Below are positions 48,021-60,064 of a stretch of DNA of 64,000 nt, one piece after another. This DNA is from Scyliorhinus canicula (Eukaryota). A model generated the notes under the pieces. It was not told the DNA's origin, searched no databases, and saw only the letters and a list, made by a program, of their open reading frames with translations. The DNA lies in assembly GCF_902713615.1 (NCBI RefSeq), contig NC_052154.1, positions 31,610,322 to 31,674,321 on the forward strand. The letters run 5' to 3'. The first letter of the stretch is position 1. Each line of letters opens with the position of its first letter. The translations under genes and the position numbers were made by a program.

Positions 48021-49564
48021 CGACTTCACTTCCAAAAGCCTTTTCTCCAAAATCCTGTCTCTCTCCACAGCTTATCAAAATGTCTCTCTGCCTTCCTTGG
48101 TTCCACCCAGTAATAATCTCATCTCCCCAAGCTAAAAAAAAAACAAATTCTCCCTGCAGACTGCAAAAGCACATGAACTCCCCAGGGACCTCCCCAGTCA
48201 AAGCACAGCTCATTAGCCTAGACTGAAAAATACATTTCTTTGTCAATTTCATCTGCTGGCTGCTAAAATCATTCTGGCTCTGCAAACAGAATTCTTTTTA
48301 AACAAACACATTCTAACCCCAGGCTTTTAACCCTTAAATTGCCCACTACAATTATAATCCAATTTTCCGAACCATCACAGGCACCACAGCTTAACCTGCT
48401 GGGAAAGGAAACTGTCTTTATTTGTAGTCTTAAAAACACAAGGATTGCCAGATCAGTTGCGGGATTCTCTCAGCCCGGGGCCGGGCCGGAGAATCCCCGT
48501 GACTGGCGCGAATCGCGCCACGCTGCCCCGGCGCTGGCACGCGATTCTCCGCAGAGCAGAGAAGCAACCAAATACAGGGCAAATGAGTCACTTTACTGGC
48601 CCTTCACGTCCACTGAAATGGAAAGGGAGGCATCCAGATGTGCACCATGCAACACACTCAAGCAGCAGCAGTGCACCCACATGGGGTTCCAGATCGCCAA
48701 TGGTCATTCACTGCAGCTGATATTTTCAAATGGAAATGTAAACAGAATTTGGTCCAAGTTGACTTGTATTTTGGGTGATTTGAACTCGACTACTTGCCAG
48801 CCATAAAGAGTGACAAACTCAAGGGACACTGCCACACATTTCATCCCTCTGATGATAATGACAAACAACGCTTGCCAGTTCACCTCCAGTGAGTTTTGGA
48901 TCTTTGAACACTCATGGGTCTTTGAGCAGATCACGAGCAGCCTCCACAGTCCCAGCGACCTGGCAGAACAGGCAGTATGCTTAGTCAAGCACCTACTAGA
49001 GACATGTGTCCGAGATCACATCCATTACTCATTGCACTTCTCAGCCTGCAAAACATGTCAGGTGAGGGTCTGCCCTCACCAGCACAGTGATTGTTCTCCT
49101 GGTGCACCAGCACTACAATCCTCAGTGCCAAGGTCCTCTTGCAACCCAATATCGAAACCAGTATGCGTGGTGCCGATTTAAGAGGGTAAAGATACTATGA
49201 TCAAAATGCCCACAGACTCTGCCCTTTAACACCTGGTCAGCTGGTCAGGGTTCAGACCACACATGGCCATGACAAATTGGCGATGGTACACAGCTATGCT
49301 CTGCAGCAACACCGTTATGTGGTAGCCTCGGACAGTGCCCACTACATACGAAACCGGTGTCACCTGAGGCATCGGAACCAAAACCAGAAAACGCCACAGT
49401 ACCCCGGCCTTCCAGCCTACAATACAGGCCTCCTGAGGTGCAGGCTCTTCCAGAGGCCGATGAAGCAAGCCCTAAATTACTGGGCACGCCCAACCCGAGA
49501 GCACCTCCAACACAGCGAACTGGCATAATCACATGCTCAGGATATGTGACCAAATCAGATACAA

Positions 49565-50232
49565 GGGGCGCGATTCTCCACCCCCCCATGCCGGGTGGGG
49601 GAATAGCGGGAGGGCCTCCCGACATTTTTCATGCCCGCCCGCTATTCTCCCCCCCCCCCCCCATGCCACGAATCGCCGCTCGCCGTTTTTTACGGCGAGC
49701 GGCGATTCTCCGAGGCCGATGGGCTGAGCGGCCGGGCCTTCACGCCCATTTCAGCACGGCAGCAAACACACCTGCTCGCTGCCGTCGTGAAACGGGCACC
49801 AGATGCCCGTTTGAGGCATCTGGGGGCCCGATTGGCACGGCAGTACCACGGCCGTGCCAAGGGGGGCATAGGCCCGCGATCGGTGCCCACAGCAACGGAC
49901 GCACTCTTTTCCCTCCGCCGCCCCACAAGATCAAGCTGCCACGTCTTGCCGGGCGGCCGAGGAGAAAGACGGCAACTGCGCATGCGCGGGTTGGCGTTGT
50001 CCAACCTGCGCATGCGCGACGGACGTCATTGGCCGCGTCAGCCGGCGTGACGCTTGACGTGCGGCCTTGACGACTGTCGCCAAGGCCGCGCCGCCATGAT
50101 GCACGGGGCCGCGCTCCTAGCCCCGCCCAGGGGGGAGAATCGGCCCCGGAAGTGGGCGTGAAGGCTGCCGTGGGTCACGGCCTGTCCCACGGCAGCCTTT
50201 ACGATTCTCCGCATTTGCGGAGAATCTCGCCC
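49565..50232. mobile_element. CpG-rich MITE
   Basis: GGGCGCGATTCTCC ... GGAGAATCTCGCCC; two TGCGCATGCGC; clearly related to 54088..54802. Confidence 0.8.
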
Positions 50233-50287
50233 AAGGTTCCAGGACTATGTAGCGAACTGGTCTACAACTGGCCTTCACATTTTTAAG

Positions 50288-50910
50288 GTGAAGAATGCAT
50301 TCGGCATGCTAGGTTTTATTGGTCAGAATATTGAATACAGGAGTTGGGACGTCTTGTTGAAGTTGTACAAAACATTGGTAAAGCAACACATGGAATACTG
50401 TGTTCAGTTCTGGTCACCCTATTATAGGAAAGATATTGTTAAACTAGAAAGAGTTCAGAAGAGATTTACGGGGATGCTACCGGGACTTGATGGTCTGAGT
50501 TATGAGGAGAGGCTGGATTGGCTGGGACTTTTTCCCTGGAGTATAGGAAACTTAGGGGTGATATTATAGAGGTCTATAAAATAATGAGGAGCATCGATAA
50601 GGTAGATAGTCAACATCTTTTACAAAGGTAGAGGAATCTAGAACATAGGTTTAAGGTGAGAGGAGAGCGATACAAGAGACCAGAGGGGAAACTTCTTCAC
50701 AGAGAGCGTGGTGAGCATGTGGAACGAGCTGCCAGAGGCAGTGGTAGAGGCGGGTACAATGTTGTCCTTTAAAAAGCAGTTCGACAGCTACATGGGCAGG
50801 GGGCAGGGTGGGTATAGAGGGATATGGGACTAGCTCAGTGATAGAAACTGGGCTGCATGGACCAGCTGGGCCCATGGGCCTGTTTCCATGCTGCAAGCAT
50901 CTGTGACTGT
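50288..50910 (+). mobile_element. CR1 3' fragment
   Basis: IEYRSWDVLLKLYKTLVKQHMEYCVQFWSPYYRKDIVKLERVQKRFT. Confidence 0.88.
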
Positions 50911-50962
50911 AAGCCACAAAACCTGGGTGGGGGGAGGGGGGGGAGGGGGGGGGGGGGGGGGT

Positions 50963-51615
50963 TTAAAAACAAATGACTGCGGATGCTGGAATCTGAAACA
51001 AAAACAGGAAATACTGGACAATCTCAGCAGAGCTGACAGCACCTGTGCAGAGCGATGGTGCTAACGTTTCGACTCTGGATGTCTCCTTGTCAAAGCTAGA
51101 GAAAACTGGAAATGGGGTCAGATTTATACTGTAGTGGGGTGGGGGTGGCGGCGCGGTTGAGCTGGATAGGGGGTCAGTGATAGGCGGAGATAGGCAAAGA
51201 TGTTGAGGACAGAAGACAAAAGGAATGTAAATGGATATGATTAAGACTAAGAAGGGTGCTGATAGTGGCACATAAAGGGATTAGAATGTGTTAATAGCAT
51301 AACAAAGGTGAGCAGTGTGTAAAGGGCAACGAGGATCAAGTGGAGTGAGGGGAAGGGGGAACAATGGTGAGGGAAAAAGAGATCAATGGAAGAAATGAAA
51401 ATAAAAATAAATTGATAGAAATAAAAATGGGGTAAAGATGGTGGAGAGAGTTCACAGTCTGAAGTTGAACTCATGTGCCTAATCGGAAGATGAGGTGCTG
51501 TTCCTCCAGTTTGCGCTGGGCTTCACTGGAACATTGCAGCAGGCCAAGGATGGACATGTGGGCACGAGAGCAGGAAGGGGAGTTGAAATGGCAAGCAACA
51601 GGGAGATCTGGGTTC
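50963..51615 (-). mobile_element. Penelope-like 3' fragment of a second family
   Basis: LPVACHFNSPS..HMSILGLLQCSSEAQRKLEEQHLIFRLGT (GIY-YIG C-terminus), then a 3' UTR with a degenerate hammerhead-like motif at about 51060..51096. Confidence 0.75.
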
Positions 51616-52276
51616 TGCCTGGGGCGGGGTGGGTGGGGGGCAGAGAGAGAGAAGGTGTCATGCAATCTGCTATGCATCAGCTGTAGCAGCCTAACCTGTG
51701 TTTTGCTCAACGTGAATAGCTATGTGTTATTAGCTTGTTCAATTTGTATGTTATAAAGTGGTTTGCACACAGATGCTGTTCACGTACACTGTTACATCTC
51801 AGTGCCGCCGATTGCCCAACTTAATGGGGAAGATCTAGACAGAGTGATCACATGATGCCATGATGACACGGCTACTTAAGGTGTCACGTGTCGGGAATGT
51901 GGGAGTTCGCCCTGGAGCACGGGCAGAATGGAAGCATGTAAGAGCTACTCTGAGTTGTTTTAAGTCCTTGGTCACCAGTTATTGGAACCCAGCCCTTCTG
52001 CACGATCTTTGCCAGCTCTCCTGGGAGCTCAGAGGGTAAGTGGCGCTGGGTTTCACAGACTGGAAGGGTTTGATTTCACGTCAGCACCTCACCAATTCCT
52101 CAGTTGGACTGCAGAGAAAACATTTAATGCCCTCTTCCTTGCTCCAAGTAGGGAGGTTCAATTAGTCAAGGCTCCTACTCTGATCTGCATCCAGCCACCT
52201 GTGTGGAAAAGGCTGTATTTTTGACACTGCGACAGCAGAGGGCACTAATGCGCAGTTGCAGTGCCTTCAATGATAT

Positions 52277-52880
52277 AGTAAGAAGTCTTACACCACCAGG
52301 TTAAAGTCCAAAAGGTTTGTTTCAAACATTAGCTTTCGGAGCACTGCTCCTTCCTCAGGTGAATGGAGAGATATGTTCCAAAAACATATATATAGACAAA
52401 TTCAAAGATGCAAGACAATGCTTAGAATGCGAACATTAGCAGGTAATTAAATCTTTACAGATCCAGAGATAGTGATAACCCAGGTTAAAGAGGTGTGAAT
52501 TGCCTCAAGACAGGACAGTTGGTAGGATTTCACAAGCCCAGGCCAGATGGTGGGGAGTGAATGTAATGCGACATGAATCCCAGGTGCCGTTTGAGGCCAC
52601 ACTCATTTGTGTGGAACTTGGCTATAAGTTTCTGCTCGGCGATTCTGCGTTGCCGCGTGTCCTGAAGGCTGCCTTGGAGAACGCTTACCCGGAGATCAGA
52701 GGCTGAATGCCCTTGACTGCTGAAGTGTTCCCCGACTGGAAGGGAACATTCCTGCCTGGTGATTGTCACGCGATGTCCATTCATTCGTTGTCGCAGTGTC
52801 TGCATGGTCTCGCCAATGTACCACGCTTCGGGACATCATTTCCTGCAGCATATGAAGTAGACAACGTTGGCCGAGTCGCA
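52277..52880 (-). mobile_element. Penelope-like 3' fragment (same family as 37069..38230)
   Basis: [41 protein letters not shown]; shares the terminal sequence. Confidence 0.9.
52327..52361 (-). ncRNA. Second minimal hammerhead ribozyme motif
   Basis: Minus strand reads CAC-CUGAGGA-A-GGAGC agu GCUCC-GAAA-GC-UA-AUG; core intact, one mismatch in stem I. Confidence 0.65.
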
Positions 52881-53713
52881 GAGAGAGGAGCGGTCTGGCT
52901 GCATAGCCATTCCACAGCACTCTGAGGTTCGACGGAAGAAAGCATATCTTTATAGTCTGAAATAACAGTTTGAAGTAAACAGCCATGTTTACATTAAATG
53001 GACTTTGGAAAATACGTAAGATGAAATACGTGGTATGTACGTTCTTGCCCTTGGCTAAAAACAACTCAAGTCCGCATTTTGTTATCTTTCGGAGGACAAT
53101 GTGTTGTCATAATAAGGCCGAGACCAAAATGCTAAGCAGTATTTTGTTTATGTTACCTGCCCTACTTATTTTCGTTCAAAAGCAGTGTTAACCTATAGTC
53201 AAGCATTTCCCAGCATGCTTCTAAGTGGGTAACTCATTAATTTCCCTACCACAGCCAACTAGAAGGACAAGGGCAGCAAATGCTTGGAAACACCACCACC
53301 TGCAAGTACCCCTCTAAACTACACGCCATACTGACTTGGAACTATATCACTATTCCTTCACTGTTCAAAATCCTGGAACTCCCTCATGGATTACCTACAC
53401 CCCATAGATTGGGGCAGTTCAACAAAGCGACTCACCATCACCTTCTCAAGGGCAATTAGAGAAGTTGTGAGTTTTGATGGGTGTCTGGATAATGTCTCTC
53501 CCTTCACACTCCCCTGAGTGTGATTTGTTGGTTTCTCACCTTGGAATGTGACCTTACATTTTTTAACAGTTTGCTCTGTCTCAGTTCAAGCTGCAAAAGT
53601 TCCAGTCAGTTGAAAGTTGAAAAATCAACAACTATTCCTTCTTAATAAACTCGCTAAGTTAATTTGAATTCTCAATTGCCTAGTTTAAATTTTAATCAAA
53701 TATTAAAATTTAC

Positions 53714-53938
53714 GGGCAGCACGGTGGCCTAGTGGTTAGCACAACCGCCTCACGGCGCTGAGGTCCCAGGTTCGATCCCGGCTCTGGGTCACTGTCCGTG
53801 TGGAGTTTGCACATTCTCCCCGTGTCTGCGTGGGTTTCGCCCCCACAACCCAAAAATGTGCAGAGTAGGTGGATTGGCCACACCTAATTGCCCCTTAATT
53901 GGAAGAAATAATTGGGTAATCTAAATTAAAAAAAATAT
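53714..53938 (+). mobile_element. Young tRNA-derived SINE with 14-bp TSD
   Basis: Intact A and B boxes, CpGs retained; ATATTAAAATTTAC at 53700..53713 and 53939..53952. Confidence 0.9.
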
Positions 53939-54087
53939 ATATTAAAATTTACAAAGGAGTGTTATCAAATCCACACAAGGAGATATTAGGGTTAAAAGCT
54001 TGGTCGGAGAGGTAGGTTTTATGGAGCATCCTAATTGAAGCAAAGGTGGAGCGATGGAGAGTTTTAGGGAGGAAATTCCAGAGTTTA

Positions 54088-54802
54088 GGGGCGCGATTCT
54101 CCACTCCCCACGCCGGGTGGGAGAATTGCGGGAGGGCCGGGTGACTTATTTCACGCCCCCCTGGCGATTCTCCCACCCCCCCGCTGGGAAGAATCACCGC
54201 TTGCCGTTTTTCACGGCGACCGGCGATTCTCCAGCCCGGATGGGCCGAGCGGCCTGCCGTTCGCGACCAGTTTACGACGGCGGCAACTACACATGGTCGC
54301 TGCCGTCATGAACATGGGCGCCAAAGGCCCGTTTGAAGCTTGTGGGGGGCGGATAGGGGAGTGAGTACCATGGCCGTGCTCGGGAGGGGAAGGCCCGCTA
54401 TCGGTGCCCACTGATCGTCGGGCCGGCGTCTAATAACGACGCATTCTTTCCCCTCCGCCGCCCCGTAAGATCATGCCGCGACGTCTTGCGGGGCAGTGGA
54501 GGGGAAGACGGCGCGGGTTTGAGCCGTCAGCCGTCGTGATGTCAGCCGCGCATGCGCGGGTTGGAGCCGGCCAATCTGCGCCTGCGTGGCTGACGTCACT
54601 TAGGCGCACCGGCTGCATCATTCTCGGTGCACTGCCTTGACGCAAGCGTCAAGGCCCGGCTGCCGAGAATAACGGAGCGCCGCTCCTAGCCCCCCAGGTG
54701 GGGGTGAATACCGTGAGAGGAGCGGCCTCCGAGGCCGTCGTGAAACTTGGCCGAGTTCATGACGGCCTTCCCGATTTTTCCCGGGAGCGGAGAATGCCTC
54801 CC
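54088..54802. mobile_element. CpG-rich MITE with TA TSD
   Basis: TA|GGGGCGCGATTCTCC ... GGAGAATGCCTCCC|TA. Confidence 0.8.
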
Positions 54803-56759
54803 TAGGGCTTTGGCAGCTGAAGACATGATCACTAACACTGAAGCAATTAAAATGACAGAATTCCACGAGTGCAGAAACCCTGAAGATGTACAGGGCAGAG
54901 GAGATTGAAATGATAGGGGAGTGCCAAAGACTTGCAGGAATTCAAAAACAGAGACGAGAATTTAAAATTCAGGGTATTGAAATGAAATTAAAATTGCTTA
55001 TTGTCATGAGTAGGCTTCAATTAAGTTACTGTGAAAAGCCCCTAGTCGCCACATTCCGGCGCCTGTTCGGGGAGGGTGGTACGGGAATTGAACCGTGCTG
55101 CTGGTCTGCTTTAAAAGCCAGCGATTTAGCCCAGTGTGCTAAACCAGCCCCTGGTTATTGCTTAACCTGGAGCTAGTGTGGGTGGTGAGCAGAGGGCTGA
55201 TGGGTCAAAGAGATTTGGTGTGAGCTGGAACAGGGCCAGCAGAGTTTTGGATAGGCTCAAGTTTACAGAGGGTAGAGTGTGGGACAGCAGCTTGACGTGC
55301 TTTGGAATAGTCAAGTCGAAGGGTAACAAGGGCACGGATGAGTGTTTCAGCAAAAAATGAGCAGAGACTCTAGTGGAGTCAGGTGATGTTACGGAGGTGG
55401 TATTAGATGGTCTTAATGATGGTGCAAATATGTGGTTGGAAGCTCACGTTGAGGTCAAAATACGATACGAAAGCTGTGAACAGGGATCGGATGGTGGCAC
55501 AGTGGTTAGCACTGCTACCTCACAGCGCCAGGGACCCGTGTTCAATTCCGAACTTCGGTGACTGTCTGTGTGGAGTTTGCATTTTTTCTCCCTGCGTCTG
55601 CGTGGGTTTCCTTTGGTTTCCTCCCTCAGTCCAAAGAAGGGAACGTTGGGTGGATTGGATATTCTAAATTTCCCCTTAGTGTCCAAATGGTTAGGAAGGC
55701 TAACAGGGGAGTGGGCCTAGGTTAGGGTGCTCTTTCAGAGGGTTGGTGCAGATTGGATGGATCGAATGGCCTCCTTCTGCACTGTAGGGATTCTATGATT
55801 TTATGAACAGTTCCAGTCTCAAGACAGTTGTCGGGTAGAGGGATGATATAGTGGCTAAGCAATGGAGTTTGCCCTGGGATCAATGACAATGGCTTTGATA
55901 TTCCTCATATTTAAATGGAGGAAATGTTTGCTCATCCAGTATTGGATGTTGGACAAGCAGTCTGACGATTTAGACCATGGAGGGGTCAGGAGAGATATTG
56001 GGGAAATAAAACCGAATGTTGTTTGTACATATGAAAATTAATGCTGTGATTGTCAATGTTGTTGCCAAGGGGCAGAATGTATTTGAGAAACAGAAGGAGA
56101 AAGGGACAGCTCCTTAAGATACACTAGAGAAGGAAGAGATGCCTTTACAAGTAATTCTCTGGCTACGACTAAAAGATGAGAGTGGAACCAGATAACAGTC
56201 CCGCCCGACCAAATGATGGTGGAGAGGCATTGGAGGAATGTGGCGCTAATGACCGAGAAAGGCGAGGGGAAAAGTTTACCTTTGTCACAGTCACACAGGA
56301 TGTATTTTGTATCTTTGATAGAAGTTTCAGTACTGTGGCAGGGGCTGGTCCTGATTGGAGGGGTTTAAAGTTCTGGGAAAGGTGGGAACCTTCAAGAATG
56401 ATGGTGAGGTATGGGAGATTGGCGATGGTGTGGTCATTTGGAACGATGGAGCTCGTATCAGCTAACGGTGAAGCAAGGAAGTTGCCTGTCTGCAGTTTGG
56501 TAGGCAAAGGGTTAGGGAGCACAAGGCGAATCTCATGATCAAGGGAAATACACCTCAGCGTCACTGGGAGTGGGAGTACTGTGAGTTGATGCTTGGGATT
56601 GGGACCCCTAATCGGTATGTGGTATGTAGAGTGTCATGTGGTACTGTCAATGGACGAGTAGTCCAGAGAGCCACGGTAATATGCCCTGGTAATATATAGG
56701 GATCCAGGTTCGAATTACACCATGGCAGATGGTGAAATCTGAATTAAAAGTCTAATGTG

Positions 56760-57255
56760 GGTGGCACGGTAGCACAGTGGGTAACACTGGGGCTGGTTTA
56801 GGGGCTGGTTTAGCTCACCAGGCTAAATCGCTGGCTTTTAAAGCAGACCAAGCAGGCCAGCAGCACGGTTCAATTCCCGTACCAGCCTCCCCGGACAGGC
56901 GCCGGAATGTGGCGACTAGGGGCTTTTTCACAGTAACTTCATTGAAGCCTACTCGTGACAATAAGCGATTTTCATTTAATTTTTTCATTTTCAACACTGT
57001 TCTTCACAGCGCCAGGGTCCCAGGTTCGATTCTCGGCTTGGGTCGCTGTCTGTGCGGAGTCTGCACATTCTCCCAGTGGCTGTGTGGGTTTCCTCCCACA
57101 AGTCCCGAAAGACGTGCTGATAGGTAAATTGGATATTCTGAATTCTCCCTCCATGTACCCAAACAGGCGGTGGAATGTGCTGACTAGGGGCTTTTCACAG
57201 TAACTTCATTTCTATGTTAATGTCAGCCTACTTGTGACAATAAATATTATTATTA
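56760..57255 (+). mobile_element. SINE nested inside another SINE
   Basis: GGGGCTGGTTTAG..-headed SINE (about 56789..56992) splits a host SINE head; AACACTG on both sides. Confidence 0.7.
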
Positions 57256-59229
57256 TGATGACCATGAAACCATTGTTAATTGTTGTAAAAATCCATTAAT
57301 GTCCTTGAGGGAAGGAAATTTGCCATCCTTACCTGGTCTGCTCTACATGTGACTCTAGATCCACAGCAATGTGGTTGCCAATGTGGTTGAAAGCCACTCT
57401 GTTCAAGGGCAATTAGGGATGTACAGTAAATGCTGGCCCAGCCAGCGATGCCTATATCCCAAGAATGAACAAAAATAAATGTTCTGGGGACACGAGTGAG
57501 CGATGGTGACCATGAAGTTATCCTCGACCTTGATTATTATATTTAAAAAAAAATATGGTTCGCCAATGTCCTTTAGGGAAGGAAATCTGTCCTTACCTGG
57601 TCTGGCCTACATCTGACCCCAGATTCATAGCAATGTGCCTTTTGAGGTGCGGCACAGTAGCTTAATGGTTAGCACTGTTGCTTCACAGCGAAGGATCTCA
57701 GGTTCGATTCCAGGCTTAGGTATCTGTCTGTATGGAGTCTGCACATTCTCCCTGTGTCTGTGTGGGTTTCCTCCAGATGCTCCGGTTTCCTCCCACAAGT
57801 CCCGAAAGACGTGCTTGTTAGGTAAATTGGACATTCTGAATTCTCCCTCAGTGTACCCAAACAGGCGCCGGAGTGTGGTGACTAGGAGATTGCCACAGTA
57901 ACTTCATTGCAGTGTTAATGTAAGCCTACTTGTGACACCAATAAAGATTATTATGATTATTATTGAAATGGCTGAGCAAGCCACTCAGTTGAAGGTCAAA
58001 TAGAAATTGGCAAAGAATGCTGGCATTACCCATATCCCAACAAAGAATAAAGAACTTTGCTCGTTGGATATTGGAAAAAGATTGAGGTAATAGCTTTATT
58101 TCAAAACCCAAAGTGCAGCCTTCCTATTTTCCTAAAGCTATTTGCATATTACTTTCGGATTCGCTACATATATACAATGATCAAAGTCGGACCTCAAGCC
58201 AAATCTTGAGTGCACAGCCAGAAAAGTTCTGTCTCTGTTAACATCACTGAAGCCAGTTTAAAAACCAACTAAAGTGTGCTTGTTTGCCTGAACTGAAAGG
58301 GTCTGTAAATTTTCAGAAATGACTGGTATTCCATATTCTCTTGTGGGTAGACTTTGCGTCTGGCTGTTTTGGAGCATTTTCAGACCAGGTAGTGCTTTCC
58401 TCAGTGACTGTGGAGCATCCCTAAAAAATTTTAAAGTTATGTCACCATGTCCGATCCCTCACTTCTTTCGATAAACACAGTTTGGGGATGAATATGAATC
58501 TGCCCTATTATGTATTTTCTTTTATTTCCCTTTCTTCCCATGTACTTAATGATCTGTTGAGCTGCTCGCAGAAAAATACTTTTCACTGTACCTCGGTACA
58601 CGTGACAATAAACAAAATCCAAAATGTCCAGTAACTGAATGACCTAGGGATGGGTGGGTTGGGGGGGGGGGGGGTTCTGAGTAGCTTCCTACTCCACCTT
58701 TGCAGTAAAATTAACATTTAAAGATCAAGGGGGGGGGGGGGGGGGTTGTATAGAGTTTACCCGTATAGGGGGTCAGTTTCGCCATAAATTTGCTTTTGTC
58801 TTTGGATCTGGTGATATTAATTTTTTTTAACGTTTATGATGAATTTTCAACAAATCTTAACTCTTGCTTCTCTCTGCAGATGCTGCCTGACCTGCTGAAC
58901 ATTTCCAGCATTTGCTTTATATTTGAGAGCGTTGGAATAGCTGAGTCTTGAGATCAAACGGGCCTGAAAGCCTCACTATGCGGGTCTGTGCATACTGTGG
59001 AACTTCACCCCCAGCATCTGCAAGGGGGGGAATTAGGGGAATTGTCACCGGTTCCGTAAATTTAACGGGGCCTTTTCTGCGATCTGCAGTTTGAGAAAAC
59101 CATGCCATTCCTTCAGTAGGTGGCGGTATCATTCTAAAGCGGGAGCCCACTCTTCACATCTGTCAGGGTTCCTCTGTCAAGGGAGCAATGAATGAGAGAG
59201 ACAGCTGCCAAGTCTTAAAACATTGACGT

Positions 59230-60000
59230 AAATCCCGCTAACCCACACTCTGTGGCGCCGGGAAGAGAAGAGTTGCAAATTCCGGTAACACCGTCAATCC
59301 CGACCGAATGCATCCCGAGGCATTGGGAACAGGAATATCGAACAGTACATCTGAGTGAGTGGTGTTGGTCGGGGTTTTATTTGGCAACTTGAGCTCGTTC
59401 GGGGGAGGGAAATAAAGAAGCAAAACAGAAGCCAGGAAGACGGTCTGAATGAAGCAGCGTGTGGTGAACCCAGGCGAGTGACAGCAGGGGCTGCCCGCCA
59501 CCAGCACCTCAGGCAGAGGAGGCGGGAAGGTGTCTCTGCGGCCACTTCACAAACCGGCTCGGGGACAGGAGAATCAGGCCACCCTGAAGCCAAGCACAAC
59601 AACAATGAAAAATAGTTGTCTTGTTCAATTCCTCCTCCTCCACGATGGAAGAAGAACTGACAAAGTGGGAGTGTCTATTGACTGCTAACTGTTCTGAATG
59701 AGAGACTTGGGTGGTGGAATTTGAGCGCTGGGAGCCAGCAGTCGGTGTAAGCTGCCGGTTAGAGTTCTCCCTCCCTCCTCTCTCCCCTTGCACCGCAGGC
59801 ATGTGTAGCCGCTGCTGAGGTGGGGGGAATACGAGCCGCTGTACAAAGTTGCTTTGCGGGGAGGATGGCTTCGGGCGCGGCTCCCTGACTTCACCAAGCA
59901 TTGGACCGACTGAATTGGATTGGATTGCGGGGAAAGGCGGTCGCTTTCCCCGCGGGAGCCGCTCGCCAGTTGGGGCTGGAAGTGGAGCTCGGCTCGTGGG
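59230..60000 (+). promoter_or_regulatory. CpG-rich PIEZO1 promoter / 5' UTR region
   Basis: Repeat-free, CpG-retaining stretch directly upstream of the PIEZO1 ATG. Confidence 0.55.
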
Positions 60001-60064
60001 ATGGAAGTGCAGGTGTTGTCCGGCTTCTTCTACTGGCTTCTGTTACCCCTCTGCCTGCTGGCTG
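60001..60064 (+). CDS. PIEZO1: PIEZO1 first coding exon; the gene continues beyond the window
   Basis: gggATGG Kozak context; MEVQVLSGFFYWLLLPLCLLA then G|gtgagt, matching recalled human MEPHVLGAVLYWLLLPCALLA; head-to-head with CDT1 as in human. Confidence 0.92.

Larger units (their letters stand above)
42652..52002 (+). mobile_element. Decayed full-length Ty3/Gypsy LTR retrotransposon with nested insertions
   Basis: Related LTRs at 42652..42829 and 51834..52002 (both end TAAGTCCTTGGT..CCAGT.ATTGGAACCCAGC.CTTCT.CA); PBS TGGTGCCAGG at 42830; PPT GGGGAAGA before 51834; gag (QACTLLNLAG, IRDCIVCG), RT (LNKALLRP, IINDILFWG), RNase H (GRPVVFASKALTDTETSYAQLEK) and integrase (RANESLYWP, QFTSSEF, LAEQAV) remnants in Gypsy order. 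Confidence 0.85.

Noticed and set aside
51060-51096. Third hammerhead (UUGACAA...GAAACGUU on the minus strand); similar relic near 20150..20180
   Set aside because: The CUGANGA box is altered and stem II pairs poorly, so it is probably inactive; kept only as part of the Penelope fragment.
53714-53790. tRNA genes at SINE heads
   Set aside because: A and B boxes are present but run into the SINE core, with no complete cloverleaf.
59920-60000. N-terminal extension of PIEZO1 suggested by the ORF track
   Set aside because: That ORF starts at TTG; homology and Kozak context point to the ATG at 60001.
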